Below the pieces are notes generated by a model. It was not told the origin of the DNA. It was given only the letters and a program-made list of their open reading frames with translations, and made no database searches. A stretch of 64,000 bases of DNA, taken from positions 96,001 to 160,000 of the forward strand of contig CAVPRW010000007.1 in NCBI GenBank assembly GCA_963707985.1. The letters run 5' to 3'. Made by a program: the position numbers and the translations under genes. The DNA comes from an uncultured Nitrospinota bacterium. GTDB taxonomy: Bacteria > Tectomicrobia > Entotheonellia > J063 > CAVPRW01. Below, piece by piece: positions 52,234 through 61,139 of the stretch (position 1 is its first letter; each line of letters opens with the position of its first letter).

Positions 52234-52268
52234 TCCGTCTCCCTCCGGGAAAGGGCTAGGGTGAGGGG
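52234..52268 (+). repeat. CCCTCTCCC..GGGAGAGGG..GGGTGAGGG-type intergenic repeat, copy 1
   Basis: TCCGTCTCCCTCCGGGAAAGGGCTAGGGTGAGGGG; similar to 53109-53142. Confidence 0.6.
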
Positions 52269-52276
52269 GGCAAGGC

Positions 52277-52936
52277 TCAGCGATGCTGCGTCACACCAAT
52301 CTTTGGACAGATGTCCGTTAGCGGACATTGTCCGCAGAGCGGTGAGATCGGCTTACAAATATTCTGCCCGAACGATACCAACAGGTCGTTGTAGACCATC
52401 CAATACGCCTTCGGGAGTTTGCGACGCAAGGCAAATTCCGTCTCTTCAGGAGACTTGGTCCGTACATACCGCCAACGGTTAGAGATGCGATGTACATGAG
52501 TATCCACACAGATGGCCGGTGTTTGGAACCCCATCGTCAACACCAGGTTGGCGGTTTTCCGCCCGACTCCTTTCAATTCGAGTAAGGCCTCCATCGTATC
52601 CGGCACCTGACCCCCATGGCGTTCGACCAGCACACGACAGATGTCGAGGATCGATGCCGCTTTGGTCCGATAGAACCCGACCGGATAAATGGCTTGAGCA
52701 ATTTGGTCAGCACTCAGTTGTAGCATCGCCTCAGGCGTACCGGCCAGGGCAAACAACCGCGCCGCGGCGGGACCGGTGGTTTCATCCTTGGTACGGAGGC
52801 TGAGGAGACAGCCAATCAGAATTTTGAATGGGTCCCGCCCCATGGTTCGGGCCACTTCCGTCAGGGCGGTTGCCGTCCAGTCAGGTGCCTTGGCCTGCAG
52901 AGTCGCCATCGCGTAGTGCATATCAAAGCGTGCCAT
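52277..52936 (-). CDS. nth: endonuclease III
   Basis: LLELKGVGRKTANLV, VDTHVHRISNR, CKPISPLCGQCPLTDIC. Confidence 0.93.
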   Translation of the reverse strand: MARFDMHYAMATLQAKAPDWTATALTEVARTMGRDPFKILIGCLLSLRTKDETTGPAAARLFALAGTPEAMLQLSADQIAQAIYPVGFYRTKAASILDICRVLVERHGGQVPDTMEALLELKGVGRKTANLVLTMGFQTPAICVDTHVHRISNRWRYVRTKSPEETEFALRRKLPKAYWMVYNDLLVSFGQNICKPISPLCGQCPLTDICPKIGVTQHR

Positions 52937-53108
52937 GTCGCGCCTCACCTCTATCCCGACGTCATCGCGGTTGGCCTGTGCGAAAGGTCGTACGGGCCCC
53001 ACCCATGAAAGCATGGACCACCTCTCGGGTCAATCAAAAATCCCGATCTTGACCCACCGCCATGAATAAGATAGAACAGGAGCGGTGGACCTATCACCAG
53101 TTTTATTC

Positions 53109-53142
53109 CCCCTCTCCCTGGCGGGAGAGGGCAGGGTGAGGG
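53109..53142 (+). repeat. same intergenic palindromic repeat, copy 2
   Basis: CCCCTCTCCCTGGCGGGAGAGGGCAGGGTGAGGG. Confidence 0.65.
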
Positions 53143-53253
53143 CCACAGAGAGCCAGGGAGAACGGTGAAGGTTGAAAGAGTGCCATACGCTGATCTGAAA
53201 ACTGCTATAGGGGACGGCTCAGGGGATGAGAGGGCTATCTGAAAGGGGGGTCC

Positions 53254-54093
53254 ATGCGCTTAGGCGCCCATATGTCGATTAGCGGTGGTGTCGAAAAAGC
53301 GGTTGTACGCGGACAGGAAGTCGGCTGCGAGGCCATGCAGATCTTCACCAAGAACTCCAACCAGTGGAAGGCGAAGCCGCTGGCGTCGACCGAAGTCACC
53401 GCCTTCCGCGACGCCTGCCAGGCGGCTGGCATCGGTCCGGTCATCGCCCACAGTGCCTATCTCATCAACCTGGCGGCGCCGGATGAAGCTCTCTACGACA
53501 AATCCATTCAGGCATGTCTCGATGAATTGCAGCGCTGTGAGTTGTTGAGCATTCCCTACCTGGTGATCCACCCCGGTGCACATATGGGTACGGGGGAAGC
53601 TCAAGGGTTGCAGCGCATCTGCGCCGCTATCGACCGTATCCATCGCGAAACCCCCAAGATACAGGCGGCTATCACGCTGGAGGTCACGGCGGGTCAAGGA
53701 ACCGTGCTGGCCTCCAAGTTCGAACACTTCGCCACCATTCTCGAGCAGGTGGCCGAGCCCGAGCGCCTGGGATTTTGCCTCGACACCTGCCATCTCCTGG
53801 CGGCTGGGTACGACTTCCGTACGCGCCAGGGCTACGATCAGATGATGGATGCGTGGGAGAACCTGGTCGGCATCGAGCGCATCCGTGTCGTCCATTTGAA
53901 CGATTCGAAGAAAGACCTGGGCAGTCGAGTCGACCGGCACGAGAATATTGGTCAGGGGTATATTGGCACCCAGGGGTTTGAATTGCTCCTCAACGACCGA
54001 CGTCTCGCCGAGCTACCCATGGTGCTGGAGACGCCTAAGGACGATGACGCCGACCTGCGCAATCTGGCGACGCTGCGCAGCCTCATTCACTGA
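53254..54093 (+). CDS. nfo: endonuclease IV
   Basis: GAHMSI, HSAYLINL, HPG, CLDTCH, HLNDSK..DRHENIG, LETP. Confidence 0.95.
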   Translation: MRLGAHMSISGGVEKAVVRGQEVGCEAMQIFTKNSNQWKAKPLASTEVTAFRDACQAAGIGPVIAHSAYLINLAAPDEALYDKSIQACLDELQRCELLSIPYLVIHPGAHMGTGEAQGLQRICAAIDRIHRETPKIQAAITLEVTAGQGTVLASKFEHFATILEQVAEPERLGFCLDTCHLLAAGYDFRTRQGYDQMMDAWENLVGIERIRVVHLNDSKKDLGSRVDRHENIGQGYIGTQGFELLLNDRRLAELPMVLETPKDDDADLRNLATLRSLIH

Positions 54094-54126
54094 ACAGCGC
54101 ATGGATCATAGAGGGGATGGCAGGTC

Positions 54127-55080
54127 ATGGCCCTGTTTTTCGACGAACAACAGATCACCGACGTATTGACCATGGAGATGGCCATGGCCGCCGTCGAGGA
54201 GGCCCTCAAGCAGCAGGGGCTCGGCACCGCTATTAACAATCCACGTACTCGCGTGCGGCTACCGACCGGGCAACTGCACATGATGGGCGCGGCACTGCCG
54301 TCGCGTGGCGTGATCGGCTACAAGGCTTATACGGCGTTTCGGGGGAAAGCACGATTTCATGTGATGCTTTACAGCACCGATACCGGCGAGCTGTTGGCCA
54401 TGCTGCAAGCCGACCGACTAGGGCAGATGCGAACTGGGGCGGCCAGTGGCGTGGCGACCAAATACATGGCGCGCCCCGAGGCCCGCAGCGTGGGGATATT
54501 TGGCACCGGATGGCAGGCGCGCTCCCAGCTCGAAGCCGTGTGTGCGGTGCGCCAGATCCAAGCGATCAAGGCGTTTGGGCGGGACGCGACGCGACGCCAG
54601 ACCTTTTGCGGCGAAATGACTCAGCAGCTCGGCATCCCCGTCGAGCCAGCAGACACCCCAGAAGCCGTGGTCAAAGGTATGGATGTGGTCATCACTTCCA
54701 CCAGTGCCCGTGAGCCGCTCTTCGATGGCAACTGGCTGGAGCCGGGAGCCCATGTCAATGCCATCGGCTCAAACGCGCTGATTCGGCGGGAGATCGACGA
54801 CACCACCGTGCGGCGCAGCACCCTGATCGTCGTCGATTCGAAAGAGCAGGCGCGGCTCGAGTGCGGCGATTTGTTGGGGCCACTGGAGCGCGGCTTGATT
54901 CACTGGGAACAGGTGCGTGAGTTGGGCGATGTCGTCGCGGGTCATATCACAGGCCGGCGACAGACCTCCGACATCACGCTGTTCGAATCCCATGGGCTGG
55001 CGATCTGGGATTTGGCTGCTGGCATGGCCGTTTATGATGCTGCCAAGGCCAAGGGGGTCGGGCGGGAAATTGCGCTGTAA
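54127..55080 (+). CDS. ornithine cyclodeaminase/mu-crystallin family protein
   Basis: RTGAASGVATKY, GTGWQARSQ, HVNAIGS, FESHGLAIWD. Confidence 0.9.
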   Translation: MALFFDEQQITDVLTMEMAMAAVEEALKQQGLGTAINNPRTRVRLPTGQLHMMGAALPSRGVIGYKAYTAFRGKARFHVMLYSTDTGELLAMLQADRLGQMRTGAASGVATKYMARPEARSVGIFGTGWQARSQLEAVCAVRQIQAIKAFGRDATRRQTFCGEMTQQLGIPVEPADTPEAVVKGMDVVITSTSAREPLFDGNWLEPGAHVNAIGSNALIRREIDDTTVRRSTLIVVDSKEQARLECGDLLGPLERGLIHWEQVRELGDVVAGHITGRRQTSDITLFESHGLAIWDLAAGMAVYDAAKAKGVGREIAL

Positions 55081-55206
55081 GCATGTTCGTTCTTGTCTTC
55101 ATAAGGCAAGGGTGGTATAGTAAGGCTCAATTTTGCAACCGTCTGCGCGCTGATCGAATGTTTACCGGTGAAGTTGGCGCAGCGGTCACGATAACACTCT
55201 TCTGGT

Positions 55207-55282
55207 GGGGCTGTGGCGCAGCTGGGAGCGCGCATGACTGGCAGTCATGAGGTCAGGGGTTCGACCCCCCTCAGCTCCACCA
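55207..55282 (+). tRNA. tRNA-Ala (GGC)
   Basis: 76-nt cloverleaf GGGGCTG..CAGCTCC-A-CCA with G3:U70; anticodon arm CATGA-CT-GGC-AG-TCATG; promoter TTGTCT-N17-TATAGT at 55093-55121. Confidence 0.97.
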
Positions 55283-55677
55283 ACGAAATCAAAGGGTTAA
55301 AGGCTTATAGCGAGTTTAATATCGAGTCTTAGGTAACATATAGGTAACAGACAAGCAGTAGTTCCCTTCCTCTATTTCACATATTCTAATGGCACATCTA
55401 TTGCTCCCCGGCACATATTCTTTCGTCCCTCGTGCTCTTGCCGCAATAGCTGTCCTTGGATTTGATAACCATCTTTTTTCCTTCCTTGTTACGCACGTCA
55501 GAGTGGACCTGTAATCCCGCTAAAGAAAGGAGGGCTGCCATCCCTACGTACACTCCAAAAGGAGAGGGGATACAGCTGGCAAGAGATATTGCAGTGCTGC
55601 GGGACAATCGGCCGAGATAGCAACGAGACAGAACTGTCGGTTTAACAAAAACACTGCCACCGCATCGCTCGGTGCGT

Positions 55678-58600
55678 ATGTTACACCTCACGAACACGCC
55701 GCAGAATTGGATTGCAGTAACCGAGTCGCAGTATCCTTGGGAGCGGGATGCGCTGGAGTTCGTGCGCAACCAGTTCCCCACACACGAGCCCTACCGCGCC
55801 TGGGCCAACTTCGAGTTTATTGCCGATGATGGCAGCATCAACGAAGTCGATCTGCTCGTCTGCACCCCACAAGGATTCTTCCTCATCGAAATCAAGAGCC
55901 GGCCGGGCCGTTTATTCGGGGATGCCGGCACCTGGACCTGGGAGACGGATGGCCGGCTCATCACCACGGACAGTCCAGTGCTTGCCGCGAATCTCAAGGC
56001 CAAGAAGCTCCGGTCGCTCCTGCAACGGCAAAAGGCATGTAAGAAGAAAGGGTCAGCTCCCGTTCCTCGAAGCGCTCGTCTTCTGTTCGGCTCCGGACTT
56101 GCGGTGTGAATTGCAGGGCACAGCGCGGTATCGCGTCTGCTTGCGGGATCTGGACAAAGGACGGCGACCAGCCCGCACGACCCGGCATCATGGCGGCGCT
56201 CAAACGCCGAGAGTGCCCTGGACTCGATCCTCATCCCAAAGGGATCTGTGATCGGCCGACGGCGAAGCTGATCAGCCAGGCCATGGAGCAGGCCGGCATC
56301 CGTGCGTCACAGCGTCACCGCAAGGTCAGCGACTACGTCTTAGACCAACTGATCGGCGAAGGTCCTGGGTATCAGGACTGGGAAGCCACGCATACCAGGC
56401 TCTCCAATGTCAAACGCCGCGTCCGCATTTACACCGTCCGCACAGGAGCGACTGATGAGGAGCGTCAGACGATCGAGCGGGCGGCGCAGCGTGAAGCACA
56501 GCTCCTGGAAACATTCCAGCACCCAGCCATTCTACGACGTGAGGGGTTCACGGAGCATGAGCTTGGCCCGGCCTTGATCTTTGAGCATGATCCGCTGGCC
56601 ATCCGGCTCGATCATTTCCTGGCGCAGCGCAAGGACAAGCTGGGCGTCGACGTGCGCCTCGATCTGCTGCGGCAGATTGCGGAAGTGATCCGCTTTGCCC
56701 ACGACAAGAAGGTCGTCCACCGCGCCCTGAGTCCACACAGCATCCTGGTCACCGATCCGGATGGCGATCGGCCACGCATCAAGGTCTTCAACTGGCAGGT
56801 CGGCTATCGCCAGGGCAGCACCACGGCAGCCGTATCGCGAGAAGTGACCGCCACGTCTCACGTGGACCGTCTGGTCGAGGACGTGAGCACGGCCTATATG
56901 GCCCCAGAGGCACTGGTGGATGCGGAGAACACCGGCGAACATCTCGATGTCTTCTCCCTGGGCGCCATCGCCTATCACCTGTTCTCCGGGGAGCCACCCG
57001 CCGCCAACGGTCTGGAGCTGAGCAATAAGCTCCGCGAAAGCAGAGGGCTGCAGATCAGTGCGGTGCTCAATGGTGCCGGCGAAGCCCTCCAGTTCCTGAT
57101 CCAGTACAGCACCCACCCGGACGTTGCCAGTCGCATCGACTCGGTCGTCGACTTTCTGAATTATCTGGACGACGTCGAAGACGAGCTGACCACGCCCGAG
57201 CACGAATTCGTTGACGATCCATCGCGTGCCCAGAAAGGCGATCTCCTTCCAGGAGGCTTTACGGTGGTCAAACGCCTTGGCCAGGGGGCCTGCTCGGTGG
57301 CCCTCCTGGTCGAGCGCGAGGGCCAGGAGTATGTGCTCAAGGTCGCCAGCGATCCTGAACACAACCAGCGGCTGCAAGACGAAGGCGAAGTCCTGCAACA
57401 ACTGCCGTCATCCGCATATTGTCGAATACTGCGACATGTTCCCCATCGGCGACCGCATGTGCATATCTGATGCGTCGCGCCGGGCAGGAGACGCTGGGCC
57501 AACGGCTCCGCAAAGAGGGACGGTTGCACGTCGACCTGTTGCAGCGCTTCGGTGAAGACCTGCTCGGCGTGGTCAACTACCTGGAAGACACAGGGATCCC
57601 GCACCGCGACATCAAGCCGGACAACATCGGTGTGGGGCCGATGGGCCGTAGCGACAGGCTGCACCTGGTGCTGTTCGACTTCTCGCTGTCCCGCACGCCG
57701 CCGGAGAATATTCGCGCTGGGACGACGGGATACCTCGATCCGTTGTTGCCGCTTCGCACACCACCCCGCTGGGACCTGTATGCTGAACGCTATGCCGCGG
57801 CTGTCACGCTGTATGAGCTGGCTGCGGGTCCGAATAATCTTCCCAGGTGGGGCGATGGGACCAGCGATCCGTCCCAGTTAGCATGCGAGGCAACCATTGA
57901 GGCGGAGCTGTTTGAGGCGGATCTCCGCGATGGCTTGACGGATTTCTTCACCAAAGCTCTCCGTCGCAACCCGGCCGAGCGGTTCGATAACGCCGAAGAG
58001 ATGCTCCGAGCGTGGCGCTTCTGTTTCGAGGGGATCGAACCACGCGGCACGATTTCAGACCACGACGATGCCGAAGCACTGCGCGAGTTGCTGGCCGATG
58101 CAACCTTTGACACGCAGATCGCGGAACTGGGTCTCGGGACGCGGGCGATCAACGCGCTGGATCGTGCCAATGTCCTGACTGTCGAAGACCTGTTGACTGT
58201 GCCGTTGCGGCGACTGCAGCGGCTGCGCGGCGTCGGCAACAAAACACGCCGCGAGATTGCCACGGCGGTGAAGCTCCTGCGTCGAGCGGCTCGGTAGCCC
58301 GACAGCAAGCCGATGTACCTGCGGGTATCGCAGAGGCCGAATCACCGACCGACCAGCTCGACGTCGGCAGTCTCAGCGTTGATCTGCTTGCCCAGCGCCT
58401 CCTGCGTACCAGTGCACGCGATGGCGAGGCAGCGCGGCGTACGCTCCAGGCATTACTGGGGCTTGATCCTGCCCTGGACAATCGCTGGCCAAGCCAGGCC
58501 GACGTGGCGCGCTGTATCGATGTCACGCGGGCGCGGATTGGTCAGCTCGTCGGAAAGTTCCAACAGCGCTGGGCGAAGGACCCGGCCATGACGAAGCTAC

Positions 58601-59913
58601 GTGCTGAGGTGGCTGATATCCTGCACGCCGCGGGTGGCGTCATGTCCGTGGGCGAGTTGTGCGAGGCGGTGCTCACGGCGCGTGGTTCCGTGCAGGACGA
58701 ACCATACCGGACAAAGCTCGCCACAGCCGTGACGCGGGCTGCGGTAGAAGTCGAACGCATCATGGCCGAACCACGATTCATGGTGCGCCGCGATGGTGAA
58801 TGCGTGCTCGTTGCGACGAACCAGGAACTGGCCGATTACGCCTTTCGACTTGGGCAGTGGTGCGGACCGCCTGGCTGCGGAGGACCCTTTGACGCCACCA
58901 GCGCGTGTGCTCCAGACGCTGCGGGCCATTGTGCTACCCGCCGGAGCAACGGAGCTTGCTGATACGCGGCTCGTTCGCCTTGCCGCCGCCGCATCAGCGC
59001 ATGCAGCCGTGTCGAGTCGACAGGAGCTGTATCCAAAAGGCATGGGTGCCGCACGTGCCCTGAAACTCTCGCAAGGAGCCTTGTTGGGTGTTCCTTCCCT
59101 GACGGTCGCGCAGATTCGCGAGCGTGTCAGCAGTCGGTATCCGGAAGCCGAGCCACTGCCTGACCGCCCGGCGTTAGACGATCTGCTTCGTGCTGGCTGG
59201 GTTTGACTTCCAATGGGACGTCACTGCCAGGCAGGGAGCTGGTGGCGTACGTCAGCCGGCTCCGCGAGACAGCTGCCATCACCAGTGGCAGTGAATCCGT
59301 CCCCGCGCTTGCCGACGACGAGCGGACCATCGCAGGTCATAGAGATCACGCCAGAGATTGCGGATGCGCGCCAGTTCGAGGAACAGCTGCAACGGGCGAT
59401 TCAAAGATGGCTCATTCCTGGCACTTCTGGTACATCCGAAGTATTACCAACGTGCCTGTGATGAGCTGTGCCGTCGTTTTCCGCTCATGCTGATCGATTT
59501 CGAGGCCCTGTTCATTCAGGCGCTACGCGAGGTCGCCGAGAAGGCCAGGGTCAACTGGGATCTCGTGTTGAAGACCGACGCCGTACCGCACACGGGGGAC
59601 TGGCACAAGCTGCATGCTGCTCGTTGGTCGGGCCATGCCACTCGTCGAAGCGCAGTTGTCTGCGTCCGACAAAACGATGCTCATCACCTACGCCGGTGTG
59701 CTGGCCCGCTACGACCGGATGGACCTGCTGGAACGGCTGCGCGACAAAGTCGGCCGTCGCGATGGGATTCCCGGCCTGTGGCTGCTGTTGCCGGGGCAGA
59801 ACCAGGCAGTGATGGATGGCAAGGCGGTGCCGATTCTCAGCCCTGGGCAGCGCGTCCATGTCCCGGAGAGCTGGTTACAGAACCTGCATCGAGGGGAGAT
59901 GGTTTCGTGCTAA
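55678..59913 (+). CDS. pglW: BREX type 2/Pgl Ser/Thr kinase PglW (NERD, two kinase domains, alpha-CTD-like), broken by many frameshifts
   Basis: EVDLL..IEIKS (NERD), VHRALSP, HRDIKPDN, RAGTTGYLDP, LRGVGNKTRRE, GLWLLLP spread across about nine consecutive ORFs. Confidence 0.88.
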
Positions 59914-59928
59914 ATGTTACGCATGACC

Positions 59929-60357
59929 TTAGCTTTTCAGATAAATCTCGACTCGATCGGTGGTCCAAACGGGAATACCACAACCGAAAAAGTCCCGGTC
60001 TTCAGTCCAAAGGGGGCAATCAAATAACAAAGCAAGCGCTAGGTACGGCCAGTCATCTTCGTCCCTACCCCTGAGCCGCTCTCGGGCCTCAGGTTCCAGG
60101 TGCATAAACATCTCGATGGGGATAACGTGGAGGACACCACGCAAGGCGTCGAGCTTTTGAAGCGCTGCATGCGTCATCATCTCATCTAGACCGCGCCTGG
60201 ACAATACCTCGGGCAGATAGGTTACAGCGTCTCTGAAAGCCTCTTCGATGGTGAGAAAAATCACCGCCGGCGCGTAGCCTCTGATATGCTCCACCGCCCG
60301 CGAGCCCAGTACCGCCCGGATGAGGATATTGGCGTCAAGGACAAGGTGTTTCGCCAC
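59929..60357 (-). CDS. PIN-domain toxin
   Basis: LVLDANILIRAVLG, RDEDDWPYLALAL, LWTEDRDFFGCG. Confidence 0.9.
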   Translation of the reverse strand: MAKHLVLDANILIRAVLGSRAVEHIRGYAPAVIFLTIEEAFRDAVTYLPEVLSRRGLDEMMTHAALQKLDALRGVLHVIPIEMFMHLEPEARERLRGRDEDDWPYLALALLFDCPLWTEDRDFFGCGIPVWTTDRVEIYLKS

Positions 60358-60628
60358 GGCCCTTCCTGCGCTTTTTGCGGAGTGCGGTGTAGTCGCTGAT
60401 CAGGTCTTCCGGGTCAATTCCGCGGGTTTCCAGCAGGGCCTGCCAGCGCTGCGTAGCGTCCTCCAGGGTTCGCAGGTCTGTTGCGTTCAGAGGCTGACGC
60501 ACCGGGAGGTAATAGCCAATCGTGAGGCCATCATGGGTGATGGCAAGTGGAATATCTCCGCTCATGTGTTTGGCAAAGTGTTCCCAGAACTCTCTTATGC
60601 CAACAGTTTTGAGCTGGGCAGTAGCCAT
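60335..60628 (-). CDS. antitoxin (Phd/YefM-like)
   Basis: TVGIREF..PLAITHDG.TIGYYLP; overlaps the PIN gene. Confidence 0.75.
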   Translation of the reverse strand: MATAQLKTVGIREFWEHFAKHMSGDIPLAITHDGLTIGYYLPVRQPLNATDLRTLEDATQRWQALLETRGIDPEDLISDYTALRKKRRKGRGETPCP

Positions 60629-60807
60629 AGCGAACCTCCAATGTGCATGCCAGGATAGTCAAACATAGTACTGAAAAGCGGTAAAAAGCAAGGGCAGCTG
60701 TGCTATTCTTATGGGCCTGGTTGTCGGCGTGCACGCAGAGGGAGCCGAGCGGTAAACCATGCGGCATGAGTGGGCTGCACCGCCGAGCGAGGAGCAACAG
60801 GAGCGAT

Positions 60808-61089
60808 ATGATGAGTATTCGTGTTGAATTGCCTGAGGAGTTGCTCATCGCCATACGGGAGGAGCCCCAGGAGTTCGCGCGTAAGGTCATGATCTATACA
60901 CTGGGTCATCTGTATGAACAAGGCACGATCTCCTCGGGTATCGGCGCTCAAGTGTTAGGATGTGACCGGCTGAAGTTTTGTCGACTCCTTTCTGAGCATG
61001 GGTTCTCGGTTATCCATTACACCACAGAGGAACTGGAGGAGGAGGCGCACACCAGCCGGGAGATCGCTGCGCAGATCAAACGGGCATAA
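60808..61089 (+). CDS. UPF0175 family putative antitoxin
   Basis: LYEQGTISSGIGAQVLGCDR..F..LL..HG. Confidence 0.8.
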   Translation: MMSIRVELPEELLIAIREEPQEFARKVMIYTLGHLYEQGTISSGIGAQVLGCDRLKFCRLLSEHGFSVIHYTTEELEEEAHTSREIAAQIKRA

Positions 61090-61139
61090 AAGTGGCCACT
61101 AACGCCACTCTATCGAGACTGAAACGGAGGCTTGCAACC

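Noticed and set aside
55398..55781. Minus-strand ORF next to the tRNA as an integrase or excisionase
   Set aside because: No tyrosine-recombinase or HTH motifs, and it overlaps the pglW start
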